52,426 nt of DNA, from positions 1 to 52,426 of the forward strand of contig MHVH01000004.1 in the NCBI GenBank assembly GCA_001825155.1, written 5' to 3'. Origin of the DNA: Candidatus Zambryskibacteria bacterium RIFCSPHIGHO2_01_FULL_46_25. GTDB lineage: Bacteria > Patescibacteriota > Minisyncoccia > Phycocordibacterales > Zambryskibacteraceae. The stretch's first letter is position 1; the number at the start of each line of letters is the position of its first letter. The translations under genes and the position numbers were made by a program. Below the pieces are notes generated by a model. It searched no databases, was not told the origin of the DNA, and saw only the letters and a program-made list of their open reading frames with translations. Positions 25,817 to 35,854 of the stretch are shown here, in pieces.

Positions 25817-26982
25817 GGATTCTTATGACAAGCGAATCGTTTCTTCCACAGATGGGTGGCGGAGAAATGCATGTCTGGTATCTATGTGACCGATTAGTAA
25901 AAGCTGGTCACGATCTCACCTTGGTTACAAATGAGCCAGACGGGCCATTACCATCGGGGGCAAGACCAATTTCTTACAAGGTTATTCGTATCTTGTGGGG
26001 AAAAAAGAACTTTTTCCACTTATTTAAGACTCTCTGGAAATTAGCAGGGGAATCAGACGTATTGCATGCCCACTTTTCCTATCGTTTGGCAGCACTTCTT
26101 GGCATTATCGGTCTCGTGCGACATAAACCGGTGGCTATCACTCTTCACGGGCGCGGAACGCTTGATGAGCCGGGTGTCCAATTTCCCTATAAACAAGTTC
26201 ATGCCTTATACCGATGGTTCTCACTCAATTTGGCCACGGTCATTATCGCTACTTCTGAAGACATGGCGGCGGCCGCACGACCCCACCTCTGCAATCACGA
26301 GAAAATGCTCAATATCTTTAATGGAGTGGACATCTCTCTATTTCATCCCAATATACCTCTTGCACAGGTTCTTGCCGATCGTTACAAAGGGAAAAAAGTG
26401 GTCGTAACGGTTCGTCGGCTCGTCCCAAAAACAGGCATCCACTATTTAGTGGAAGCAATGCCGGAACTTATCAAACTGGTTCCAAATGTCATTTTTATCA
26501 TGGTCGGCACGGGACGTATGGAGGATTATATTCGAAAAAGGATCAGAGAACTTAAGCTTAGTGATTATATTAAAATGGTTGGAGAAGTGGATAATGATAA
26601 GGTTCCGCAGTATATGCAATTAGCGGATGTGGTTGTATTCCCATCAACTGCAGAGTCTTCAAGTATTGCTTGTGCCGAAGCCATGGCTCTCGGTAAGGCG
26701 GTCGTAGCCAGCCGTGTTGGTGGTCTGATCGAACTTATTGGGAAAAAAGAAGAGCGTGGTCGCCTTGTCACCCTGGTCCCATGGGAAAGCTCAGATTATA
26801 ATGCACCTATACGATTGGCCGCCGATCGCTACACAGCTTTGGCGCGAATAATTGCCGATTCCTTGATAGAAGGAGATACTGAAAGGAAAAACAAGGCGTT
26901 ACTCTATGCGCAGACAGAACTCGATTGGTCCGTCATTGCAAAAAAGACAGTTGCCGTATATGAACAATCCAGACATCATTAA
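25813..26982 (+). CDS. Glycosyltransferase family 4.
   Basis: FPSTAESSSIACAEAMALGKAVVASRVGGLIELI signature. Confidence 0.85.
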   Translation: MRILMTSESFLPQMGGGEMHVWYLCDRLVKAGHDLTLVTNEPDGPLPSGARPISYKVIRILWGKKNFFHLFKTLWKLAGESDVLHAHFSYRLAALLGIIGLVRHKPVAITLHGRGTLDEPGVQFPYKQVHALYRWFSLNLATVIIATSEDMAAAARPHLCNHEKMLNIFNGVDISLFHPNIPLAQVLADRYKGKKVVVTVRRLVPKTGIHYLVEAMPELIKLVPNVIFIMVGTGRMEDYIRKRIRELKLSDYIKMVGEVDNDKVPQYMQLADVVVFPSTAESSSIACAEAMALGKAVVASRVGGLIELIGKKEERGRLVTLVPWESSDYNAPIRLAADRYTALARIIADSLIEGDTERKNKALLYAQTELDWSVIAKKTVAVYEQSRHH

Positions 26983-27772
26983 AGAATTTTATCGAGGGTA
27001 CGCCGACCGCATCGTTAGTAAACGGTGGCGTTCGAAATACCCGCTTCGCGCTTATGTTCACGAACGGCAGTATCAGAGCGTTTTGTCTTATGTAAAACCA
27101 GGGATGAACGTGCTTGATGCCGGCTGTGGCGAAGGAATTCTTTCTCTTATGATGGCAGAAAAAGGAGCCTGCGTGACGGGAGTTGATTTGTCCATTCCCA
27201 ATGTTGAAGTCTGTATAAAGAGAGCCGCAGAACATAATCTTTCTGGAAGGGTTTCATTTCAGACTGGTGATGTAGAGCATTTACCATTTGAAGACAATTT
27301 TTTTGATCTTGTCGTTAGCTCGCATGTGTTGGAACATGTGCCGGACTTTAACAAAGGTTTATCTGAAGTTATGAGAGTCACCAAGCGGCGAGCGGTTGTT
27401 GCTATCCCCACAATCAATAATCCATGTTCGTGGATTCAAGTTGGAAGAGGTTGGTATTATCTCAAGGGATCTCGGTCATTTCTTGCCTTACCTTATGGTC
27501 TTATTCTTGCTTTATTTGCTTTGGTTTCAGGACGTGAGGGTGTTAATGAGTCCTATGGCAGAGAAGATATTCCACACATATTTCGATTTATTCATGCGAT
27601 GGAAAAGAGAATTTCTGCAGTAGGGGTACACCTGGTTTCTTATGAGGCTACCAGTCTTCTTCTTCCTTACTTCTCATTTTTTCTGCCGGTTGTAAACTAT
27701 TTCGATCGATATAAAGGTAAACCAATTCTGCGTAATTTTGGATACGGCACAACCTTTCTTATTGAGAAATAA
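26960..27772 (+). CDS. Class I SAM-dependent methyltransferase.
   Basis: VLDAGCGEGIL motif I and FDLVVSSHVLEHVPD. The start is set at the internal ATG at 26960. Confidence 0.8.
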   Translation: MNNPDIIKEFYRGYADRIVSKRWRSKYPLRAYVHERQYQSVLSYVKPGMNVLDAGCGEGILSLMMAEKGACVTGVDLSIPNVEVCIKRAAEHNLSGRVSFQTGDVEHLPFEDNFFDLVVSSHVLEHVPDFNKGLSEVMRVTKRRAVVAIPTINNPCSWIQVGRGWYYLKGSRSFLALPYGLILALFALVSGREGVNESYGREDIPHIFRFIHAMEKRISAVGVHLVSYEATSLLLPYFSFFLPVVNYFDRYKGKPILRNFGYGTTFLIEK

Positions 27773-29033
27773 TGGCTCTCTTTATTGTGTTCCGAAAAAT
27801 GATAAAACTTATAAAACTAGACAGAATTCTCACAATGACGCGAGCCAGTATTAGTCCAAGCAGTCCCCAATATATAATTGAAACAATTACTGTAATTATT
27901 TGAATGATTGATGTGCTGATACTGGCTAAATATTGTTCCTTTATTTTTTTTCTGGCTGCGAGGTAAACATCCGCTGGAAAGAAGGTGATGTTTATGAGTG
28001 AGAGTGAAAATATCTGAGAATAAAAAACAGCATCCAGATAATTCGGGAAAAATATCCTGAATATTAATGGAGCGATGGCAATGTAGGTGAGGGATAACCC
28101 TAGTCCGAGAAAAAAGAGTAAAACAAACTTGCGATTATTACCCAATTCAATCTCTTTATCAGTACGCTCCATGAATTTGGGAAACATAAGGTTACGCAAC
28201 CCCTTGAGGGGGCCCTTCGTCTGATTTGGTATGGCAACGGCGAAGTTATAAATAGCAAGTTCTACCGCTCCAATGTAATGGAAAACCAATATCTGGTCTA
28301 GATATGCGGCTATGCCGGAGAGAATGTTGATGAGACTTAAGTGCTTGCCGTAGCTCAGTGTCCCATGATCGATACTTTCTCCGGGATGATAGACCTTGAG
28401 AACACGCCTGTAAAGTATTAGACCAATAACAGTGTTCGAAGCGAGATAAGAAGTTACCAGCCAAACTGGGTTCGTGGTGACTAACATAGTTATAACGAGA
28501 CAGAAAATAGGGAAGAGGTTACCGATTACATCGAAATACATGGCGCTTCTCTTAAAGTCCTTCTTTGCTAAGAGATATGAGTTATATAAATTAGTGCTCT
28601 GAAAAATTGGCCAGAGCGACCCGACCACGAGAAAAGAAATGCCGAGGGTAGAGTTTCCATTGATGAAATAGTAGGTGGACAATGCTAATGCCACGATAAA
28701 GAATAAAACATTCCATTTTAAATTTTGCCAGAAGGCGTAGACGAGGGTGCCATCATGGCCGTTGCTAACAGAGCGTAAAACGGCAGAGGGCAAGCCTGAA
28801 AGGGTAAATGCCCCTAGGAGGCCCACTATAGATAGAATGTATTTGTACTGGCCATAAGCTTCCTTGGTGACAAAATGAGCAAAAGCAACGGCTAGGAAGA
28901 AGGAGGACAGGGAAACGACAGTTTGCGCCAGTGTGAACCAGAAGCCTCCCTTGGCCAAATAGACCATGTCAGTTTTAAAGAAATCCTCACTTCGACGAAG
29001 GAGCTGGTAAGCCTTATTTCGCATATTTTGCAT
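27759..29033 (-). CDS. Polysaccharide/oligosaccharide flippase, Wzx/MOP superfamily.
   Basis: A 424-aa polytopic membrane protein with about 12 hydrophobic segments, lying in a glycan locus. Confidence 0.7.
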   Translation of the reverse strand: MQNMRNKAYQLLRRSEDFFKTDMVYLAKGGFWFTLAQTVVSLSSFFLAVAFAHFVTKEAYGQYKYILSIVGLLGAFTLSGLPSAVLRSVSNGHDGTLVYAFWQNLKWNVLFFIVALALSTYYFINGNSTLGISFLVVGSLWPIFQSTNLYNSYLLAKKDFKRSAMYFDVIGNLFPIFCLVITMLVTTNPVWLVTSYLASNTVIGLILYRRVLKVYHPGESIDHGTLSYGKHLSLINILSGIAAYLDQILVFHYIGAVELAIYNFAVAIPNQTKGPLKGLRNLMFPKFMERTDKEIELGNNRKFVLLFFLGLGLSLTYIAIAPLIFRIFFPNYLDAVFYSQIFSLSLINITFFPADVYLAARKKIKEQYLASISTSIIQIITVIVSIIYWGLLGLILARVIVRILSSFISFIIFRNTIKRAIISQ

Positions 29034-29075
29034 GTATTACTGCTATGATAGGATAGTATCCATACAAAGTAAAAG

Positions 29076-30704
29076 ATGTCATTGTCAAGAATTAGAATAA
29101 AAAATGGTAGTATTTTGGTTGCAATCTTATTGGCGATTTTTCTTCTGGTTCAAGTTACTGTCTCAATATTTTTTCTCAATACATGGTTTGACGAAGCGGA
29201 CTATGGTTACAAAGCATGGCTTGTCGGTAAAGGTCTTGCGGAACCTTTTATGGACTTTAGGTTGAAGCACGGACCGGTTGCTTTTTATAGCCAATTATTG
29301 CTTCAAGACATCGTTGGTCCAAGCTTGATAGCAAGCAGGGTATTTTCGGTTTTCTTTCTTTTGGTGTCGCTTGTCTTGATTTTCCTTTTAATAAAACGTT
29401 TGAGTAATAAATGGTTTGGCTTGGTTGCGGCGGCTTTAGTCATTTGCAATCCATTCTTAGTCACCTTGTATTCTTCGGCCGTTCCATACTCATTGACCAT
29501 GTTTTTCTCAATATTGACCATATGGTTTATTGCCACGGATTCTGGTGATGATAAGAACATAAGGAGAGCAATTATTCTTTCTGGTGTAATGGCAGGCATG
29601 GCTTTCCTGGTTCGATATAACATGTTTCCTCTTATGGTCATCCTTTGGTTATTTGTCTTCTGGAAGTGGCGCAGTTGGAAATACTTTATTTACGCTGTCT
29701 CATCGTCTATTGCCACCGTTGTTATTTTGTTGGTGCCGTTTCTACTGATTGATCTCCAATACACAATTAATCAGATTCTCTTTATGTTCAGTGCAGATCC
29801 GGTGATCCTCGATGTGCCAAAAGGGTCTTTTACTGCTGGGTGGCAGCCGCTGGGTAGCAGGATTAGTATTATTGGGTCTGTGCTTACACGATATTTTTAC
29901 ATGTGGGTAGTGCTTCTAGCCGTTATTTTCTTGGACATAAAAAACTTTGTCTTTAAACAAAAATTTTTTTTAAGTGATAGTCCCATCTTGGCGCTTAGTG
30001 CTTCTCTGGCGGTAGTGTTTTTTGTATCTCATTTTCTCTATTTACCCCGCGAAACTTTCGCGATCTACTCACTGTATCTTGCGTCGTTCCTGGTGATCTT
30101 TGCTACTTTAGCCACCTATAAAACATACGAGCACATAAGAAGTAATTTACCGGAATCTTTTAATCTTTCCGGATTCTCTTGTCTCGTAATCGCTGTTTTA
30201 TTATTGACCCCAATTTCAATAGGGAGTTTCAGTCATATAATCGGTAGTATTTCGGATCCATTGAACTTTGAAGATTCGGATGTAAGTCGGGTAAGGAAAG
30301 GGGCATATTTTTTGGCATCACTAACCTCTACCAACGATATTATCTTAACTGTCGATGACCCCCATCATGTTTTTCTTGCGGGTAGATATGAAATCCCTCC
30401 TCTTATCAATAAGTACTTCACATATAAAGATATTGACGATGAATCAATGCTTCAGCGATTTGACCTTTATAATGATAAAATGTTTCTCCACTGGCTTGAA
30501 GAAACTGCCACTGTCGTGGTTTTTCAGAGAGATGGGTTAGATGAAAGGCTAAACAGAATAAGTGGTTCAAATAAAGAAATGCCCAAAGATTTCAAGAGAA
30601 TCTTAGAAGAAAAGTTCGTGCTTGCCGGAACCATTGAGAGTGTCTATCCTAGACGTTATGCTCAAGATGAATCAGTAATGGATGTGTATAAGAAGAAAAA
30701 GTGA
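29076..30704 (+). CDS. GT-C-fold membrane glycosyltransferase, ArnT/PMT (GT39/GT83)-like.
   Basis: A 542-aa polytopic protein with an early extracytoplasmic loop FDEADYGY (DE/DxD-like) and a soluble C-terminal domain. It lies immediately upstream of a polyprenyl-phosphate GT2 gene. Confidence 0.65.
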   Translation: MSLSRIRIKNGSILVAILLAIFLLVQVTVSIFFLNTWFDEADYGYKAWLVGKGLAEPFMDFRLKHGPVAFYSQLLLQDIVGPSLIASRVFSVFFLLVSLVLIFLLIKRLSNKWFGLVAAALVICNPFLVTLYSSAVPYSLTMFFSILTIWFIATDSGDDKNIRRAIILSGVMAGMAFLVRYNMFPLMVILWLFVFWKWRSWKYFIYAVSSSIATVVILLVPFLLIDLQYTINQILFMFSADPVILDVPKGSFTAGWQPLGSRISIIGSVLTRYFYMWVVLLAVIFLDIKNFVFKQKFFLSDSPILALSASLAVVFFVSHFLYLPRETFAIYSLYLASFLVIFATLATYKTYEHIRSNLPESFNLSGFSCLVIAVLLLTPISIGSFSHIIGSISDPLNFEDSDVSRVRKGAYFLASLTSTNDIILTVDDPHHVFLAGRYEIPPLINKYFTYKDIDDESMLQRFDLYNDKMFLHWLEETATVVVFQRDGLDERLNRISGSNKEMPKDFKRILEEKFVLAGTIESVYPRRYAQDESVMDVYKKKK

Positions 30705-31657
30705 CAACTAATATAAATCAAATAAAAAGAATATCAGTAATTGTTCCCGTATATAATGAGGCCGGAAACATTATCCCACTTCATAAAGAGATAAAAGATT
30801 CTCTTGCTTCTATCAAGTCTAATATTGAGATTATTTATGTGAATGACGGAAGCACTGACGATTCGCTGATTGAAATGTGCTCACTTCAAGATGTTTCTAT
30901 ATTAGATCTAAATCGAAATTACGGACAATCGGTGGCACTTGATGCGGGCTTCAAAGCGGCAACAGGTGAGATTATCGTCACATTGGATGGAGATGGGCAA
31001 AATGATCCTTGCGACATTCCTCATCTTCTTCAAAAATTTGAAGAAGATCATCTGGATGTCGTAGCCGGTTGGAGAAAAAAAAGAAACGACCCGTGGAATA
31101 TTCGATTTATCACAGACGTAGCAAGATTTTTTCGGAGATTGATTATCGGTGATATTATTCATGACTCAGGATGCACATTGCGTGTATACCGGCGAGCTGC
31201 TGTGAAGAGTTTAGACATAGGGGGAGAAATGCATCGCTACATTCTAGCCCTTCTTAAGTGGAAGGGTTTTCGTATAGGAGAATTGGAAGTAAATCATCGA
31301 TTACGTACTCGTGGTAGAAGCAATTATGGATCTTCCAAAGCTTTTCGTGGCCTTATTGATCTCGTATACATTTGGTTTATACATAAATACTCGGACAGGC
31401 CAGTACACTTGTTCGGGTACATGGGTTTAACTTCTTTAGGACTCGCTGGGCTATCTTTATTCTGGTCTCTTTATGAAAAAATTATGAAGGGACTTAGTCT
31501 AAATAGGAATGGCTGGTTCTTTATTGGCTCCTTCTTCTTTTTGGCGGGAATAATATTTTTCAGTTTTGGAATTGTAATCGACATAGTTATTCGGATGCAG
31601 CTTACTCTATCTCCGAATGAAAAACGCTACTATATTAGAGAAATCATAAAGAAATGA
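30701..31657 (+). CDS. GT2 polyprenyl-phosphate glycosyltransferase, ArnC/Dpm1/GtrB-like, with C-terminal TM helices.
   Basis: VIVPVYNEAGNI, the DGD motif LDGDGQNDP, and two C-terminal hydrophobic helices. Confidence 0.85.
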   Translation: MTTNINQIKRISVIVPVYNEAGNIIPLHKEIKDSLASIKSNIEIIYVNDGSTDDSLIEMCSLQDVSILDLNRNYGQSVALDAGFKAATGEIIVTLDGDGQNDPCDIPHLLQKFEEDHLDVVAGWRKKRNDPWNIRFITDVARFFRRLIIGDIIHDSGCTLRVYRRAAVKSLDIGGEMHRYILALLKWKGFRIGELEVNHRLRTRGRSNYGSSKAFRGLIDLVYIWFIHKYSDRPVHLFGYMGLTSLGLAGLSLFWSLYEKIMKGLSLNRNGWFFIGSFFFLAGIIFFSFGIVIDIVIRMQLTLSPNEKRYYIREIIKK

Positions 31658-32778
31658 AAAGGATTTTAGTTTTGAATTATGAGTTCCCGCCACTTGGCGG
31701 AGGAGGCGGAATTGCTGCACGCGTCTTTGCTAAAGGATTGATTCAAAATGGATACGAAGTTGATTACCTAACGAGTGGATTCAAAGGGTTGAAAACCCTT
31801 GAAGTAATCGACGGCATAAACGTATATAGAGTCCCTGTACTTGGAAGGAAAAATGTTGCTACAGCAAACATGTTTTCCATGTTCTGTTACCTAATAACAG
31901 GGTTTTGGAAGGGGATTCAGTTGTGTAGACAGCGTCGATATGATTTGATTAGTACTTATTTTGTGGTTCCAACTGGCCCTCTTGGCTACGTGCTCAGTAA
32001 GCTGTATAGAATTAAAAATACCTTGTCAATTCTTGGTGGTGACATTTACGACCCGACAAAAACCAGCTCACCTCACCGGCATTGGTTTTTACGTATGCTT
32101 GTAAGATTTTTACTAAACCATGCTGACAGAATAGTCGCGGATTCTAGCGATATCAAAGGAAATGCAATCAAGTATTATAATCCGAAAAATACCATAGACA
32201 TAATTCCGCCTTCATATGAGCCACTCCTGTTTACTCCTGTTAAAAGACAAAAACTAAGTTTAGATGAAAATCTTTTTTACACCATTAGTATCGGTCGCCT
32301 GGTGAAACGCAAAGGATTTGATTTTTTGATCCGTAGTATTATGCATACCAGAGACAATAATGTGCACGCGCTGATAATAGGAGAGGGACCGGAAAAGGAC
32401 AATCTTTCTGTCCTCGCGCGTGATCTAAGAGTCGAGAAACAAATTCATTTTCTTGGGTTTGTAAGTGAAGAAAGGAAATTTCAATATCTCTCAAACGCAA
32501 ACGTATACATACTAAGTTCAGTCCATGAAGGATTTGGTATAGTTCTTCAGGAAGCGATGCAGGTCGGTTTGCCTATAATTTCTACAAATACTGGTGGACA
32601 AACGGATGTGTTAGGAAATAAAAATTCAAACGTTCTTTTAGAATCCAGAGATCCACAAGAACTAGCCGATGTGATAGTTCGCTTTAAAACTGCGCCAAAT
32701 AAACTATCCAGGGAAAATATGGAAGCAATACAAACCTATGCGCCTCATCTGCTTGCCAAAAAATACGTGGAAATATGA
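31654..32778 (+). CDS. Glycosyltransferase family 4.
   Basis: SSVHEGFGIVLQEAMQVGLPIISTNTGGQTDVL signature. Confidence 0.85.
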   Translation: MKRILVLNYEFPPLGGGGGIAARVFAKGLIQNGYEVDYLTSGFKGLKTLEVIDGINVYRVPVLGRKNVATANMFSMFCYLITGFWKGIQLCRQRRYDLISTYFVVPTGPLGYVLSKLYRIKNTLSILGGDIYDPTKTSSPHRHWFLRMLVRFLLNHADRIVADSSDIKGNAIKYYNPKNTIDIIPPSYEPLLFTPVKRQKLSLDENLFYTISIGRLVKRKGFDFLIRSIMHTRDNNVHALIIGEGPEKDNLSVLARDLRVEKQIHFLGFVSEERKFQYLSNANVYILSSVHEGFGIVLQEAMQVGLPIISTNTGGQTDVLGNKNSNVLLESRDPQELADVIVRFKTAPNKLSRENMEAIQTYAPHLLAKKYVEI

Positions 32779-33719
32779 TTAATGACCGAAAAATGTCAAA
32801 ATTTGTTCGAGTAATTATCTCAGTTATTTTATTAGTCATTCTCTTTAAACTTATAGATTGGTCTATTTTCTTAGAACAGATAGCAAGAGTTAGCTTGTTA
32901 CCGGCGATAATAACTATCCCTCTATTTTTTCTGGGAGTATTTTTTTCGGTTCTACGGTGGCGATTAATTTTGGATTTTCTTGGTATTCATATTTCAAAAA
33001 AAGTGGCGTTCAGGCTATATCTTGAAGGATCATTTTTGAATAATTTCATACCAACATCTGTTGGGGGAGATATATATAAATATTTTATCCTTTCTCGACT
33101 TCAACCGCTTAAAAAAAAGGAGGCTTTTGTGTCACTGTTTTTTGAAAGGGGAGCTGGCCTCCTTACTTTTTTTGTCCTAAATTTACTGCTTAGCATATTT
33201 TTCTATCGATTGATTTTTGAGCATAAGGCTTTATTTTTATTCGAAGTCTTAATTTTTATTGTTTTTTTAGCTTTTTTGTTCTTTTTATTTTCTATTCACA
33301 ACAGTCTAAAGATAGGCAGAATAATAAAAAAATATATAGATAAATTCGAGTTCTCATCGATTCCATTGAATTGGGTAAACAAAGTTTGGGTTCTGCCTGC
33401 TGTAATATATTCTGTATTTTTTACTATCGTTATTGTTGCGATTCGCTTTAGTTACTTGTTGGCCCTTGGCGCTTCTTTCCCTATAATGCATTTGCTATTT
33501 TTTACGACTATCATTCAATTGGCGGGGGTATTACCCGTATCATTAAATTCGATAGGAATATCGGAGGGGCTGATTGTTTTTCTGTATAGTCTTGTTGGAA
33601 TATCTCCAGAGATTGCATTTGCTGTGGCGATTCTAGAGCGGTTTATAATGATAGTTGCAAGCAGTGTGGGCGCAACAACTTTCCATAAGAAATATAGGCA
33701 TGACCTCCATGTATCTTAA
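32775..33719 (+). CDS. Flippase-like membrane protein, lysylphosphatidylglycerol-synthase TM-region / UPF0104-like.
   Basis: A polytopic protein with the NNFIPTSVGGDIYK segment that I recall as characteristic of this family. Confidence 0.55.
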   Translation: MINDRKMSKFVRVIISVILLVILFKLIDWSIFLEQIARVSLLPAIITIPLFFLGVFFSVLRWRLILDFLGIHISKKVAFRLYLEGSFLNNFIPTSVGGDIYKYFILSRLQPLKKKEAFVSLFFERGAGLLTFFVLNLLLSIFFYRLIFEHKALFLFEVLIFIVFLAFLFFLFSIHNSLKIGRIIKKYIDKFEFSSIPLNWVNKVWVLPAVIYSVFFTIVIVAIRFSYLLALGASFPIMHLLFFTTIIQLAGVLPVSLNSIGISEGLIVFLYSLVGISPEIAFAVAILERFIMIVASSVGATTFHKKYRHDLHVS

Positions 33720-34593
33720 AGAAAAAATAAAGGATCTTCTTCCCGCGCCTGTATTTCGACTTGCAAAGAAAATTTGGGTTTATTTTTTCATGAATCCAAA
33801 CAGTCTGATTATGAAAATATGGCTAGTTAATTTTAGGCAGCCAGAATTTGTACCCATCTGTTTCAATGGGTATAGTTTCGATATTTTGATTGATCCCAAG
33901 AACGGCCGTGTTGATAACTTTATTTTTATCAATAGAGTTTGGGACGAAATGATCTCTGATGTGCTTTTGGATAATCTTTATCCGGGAGGAACGTTTATAG
34001 ATGTGGGGGCAAATATCGGATATTTCTCACTTCTTGCTTCAAGGCTCGTTGGGGGTAATGGAACTGTGCAAGCATTCGAACCGGTTAAACAATTATCTAC
34101 GCAGTTTTCAACGAGCATAAGAAAAAATAATTTTGACAATATTTATTTACACCGATATGCGTGTGGTTCAGAGACTAGAGAAATGGATATTATGGTAAAT
34201 AAACAGAACGTTGGCGGCTCGAGTTTGATTGAGGCAAAGAATCCGCTCGGATCTATACATGAGCGCATTCAGATTAGAAAAATGGACGATATGCTTAAAA
34301 ATATACAGCACATAGATATGATAAAAATCGATGTGGAAGGTTATGAATTTGAAGTTTTGAAAGGGGCTGAAAATTTAATAAAAAAACATAAGCCAAAGAT
34401 TATATTTGAGTTTAATCCTGTAATTTACGAGGCAAGTCTCACTGGCTCCTCGCTCCAGTTGCTTAAATTTCTTACTGAACACCACTATGTGATTCAAACC
34501 TTGAGAGGGGAACTGTTGTTTGAAAAAGATTTTCCAAAGCTTATCGAGCGTCTGAAACGTTCAAACCGTCAAATTGATCTTTTTTGCAAATGA
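33700..34593 (+). CDS. FkbM-family methyltransferase.
   Basis: FIDVGANIGYFSL and IKIDVEGYEFEVLKGA motifs. The start is set at an internal ATG. Confidence 0.8.
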   Translation: MTSMYLKEKIKDLLPAPVFRLAKKIWVYFFMNPNSLIMKIWLVNFRQPEFVPICFNGYSFDILIDPKNGRVDNFIFINRVWDEMISDVLLDNLYPGGTFIDVGANIGYFSLLASRLVGGNGTVQAFEPVKQLSTQFSTSIRKNNFDNIYLHRYACGSETREMDIMVNKQNVGGSSLIEAKNPLGSIHERIQIRKMDDMLKNIQHIDMIKIDVEGYEFEVLKGAENLIKKHKPKIIFEFNPVIYEASLTGSSLQLLKFLTEHHYVIQTLRGELLFEKDFPKLIERLKRSNRQIDLFCK

Positions 34594-34623
34594 TGGTTGT
34601 ATATAAGAGAAAATAATAATATC

Positions 34624-34851
34624 ATGTCGCCAGATACCGATACTTTCTTTAAGCGAACGAAGCGGCTTTTTTTCGACAAAAAGTTTTTACACTATCTTTG
34701 GACAAGTATTTTCATCTCGGTTCTCAATATTGTTTTCCTATACGTCTTTATTGACATCTTAGGTATCCCTACAATTATCTCAAGTACGGCAGTCATCGGC
34801 AGCACCTTTATTATCCGATACATCCTCTTCGATTTCTTTAAAGTGCTCTGA
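34624..34851 (+). CDS. GtrA-like small membrane protein, short form.
   Basis: Two hydrophobic helices plus the FLHYLWTSIFISVLNIVFLYVF pattern. It sits next to a GtrB/ArnC-like GT2 gene. Confidence 0.5.
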   Translation: MSPDTDTFFKRTKRLFFDKKFLHYLWTSIFISVLNIVFLYVFIDILGIPTIISSTAVIGSTFIIRYILFDFFKVL

Positions 34852-34897
34852 GATTTGAATATCGTAGCTTCCATTGTAATTGGCGCTAAAACGTGAT

Positions 34898-35854
34898 ATG
34901 GTTGCATTTATGGAAAAAGGTTCAAGGTTACAGCTGTCTATCGTCATTCCGGCTTACAATGAAGCGGAATCCGTGGCGAAACTTCATGCCGAGCTTCTCC
35001 AAGTGCTTAATTCCCTTGGTAAAAGTTTTGAGATCATTTTTATTAACGATGGCTCAACCGATGCTACGCTCTCGGAGCTCAAGAAGCTTAAGCCGATTCG
35101 CATCATCTCTTTTTCAAGAAATTTTGGTAAATCACAGGCCTTGCAAGCCGGGTTTAGTGCGTCGAGAGGGGAACACATCTTTACCATGGACAGTGATTTG
35201 CAGGATGACCCCGCAGAGTTACCTAATTTTCTAAAGAAGATGGAGGAGAGTGGCGTCGAACTTGTCTGCGGTTGGAAAAAAAATCGCTCGGACAGCTTTA
35301 TGAAGCGCTTAGTTTCCAAGGTAGCCAACGGTCTGACTGGATTTTTTACTGGTACTAAAGTTCATGATATGAATTGTGGTTTTAAGCTTTATTGTAAGGA
35401 GGTGGTTAAGAACCTGAATCTCTATGGTGATATGCATCGCTATATACCAGCGCTTGTCGCGACTCAAGGATTCAAAATAGCCGAAATTCAGATTAATCAT
35501 AGGGAAAGAAAATTCGGGATTTCTAAATATGGCAATTTTCGCCGCTTTTCGAAAAGCTTTTTTGATTTTGTCACTCTTATCCTTATGCGACGCTTCATCG
35601 ATAGACCGATGCATTTTTTCGGTATAATAGGCATGATTTCCGCGTTTTGCGGAATGGTCATTCTTGCTTATCAGGCTTATATAAAAATATTTAAAGGGGT
35701 GCTTATTGGCAATCACCCCATCCTTCTTCTTGGCGTGCTCTTGGTGGTAATCGGAGTTCAGCTCTTTTCTTCCGGCTTTTTGGGTGAACTAGTTATTCGG
35801 CAAGGCCAGAGACAGGCTCTCTACACTATCCGTGAAGAAACCGAACGATCATAA
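34898..35854 (+). CDS. GT2 polyprenyl-phosphate glycosyltransferase, ArnC/Dpm1/GtrB-like.
   Basis: IVIPAYNEAESV, MDSDLQDDP and C-terminal TM helices. It is a paralogue of the 30701 gene. Confidence 0.85.
   Translation: MVAFMEKGSRLQLSIVIPAYNEAESVAKLHAELLQVLNSLGKSFEIIFINDGSTDATLSELKKLKPIRIISFSRNFGKSQALQAGFSASRGEHIFTMDSDLQDDPAELPNFLKKMEESGVELVCGWKKNRSDSFMKRLVSKVANGLTGFFTGTKVHDMNCGFKLYCKEVVKNLNLYGDMHRYIPALVATQGFKIAEIQINHRERKFGISKYGNFRRFSKSFFDFVTLILMRRFIDRPMHFFGIIGMISAFCGMVILAYQAYIKIFKGVLIGNHPILLLGVLLVVIGVQLFSSGFLGELVIRQGQRQALYTIREETERS

Noticed and set aside
34893-35716. An off-frame ORF (34893-35234, plus strand) and two antisense ORFs (34984-35328 and 35309-35716, minus strand) overlapping the second ArnC-like GT2 gene.
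   Set aside because: The GT2 frame contains the canonical IVIPAYNE and DSDLQDD motifs. The alternatives contain none.
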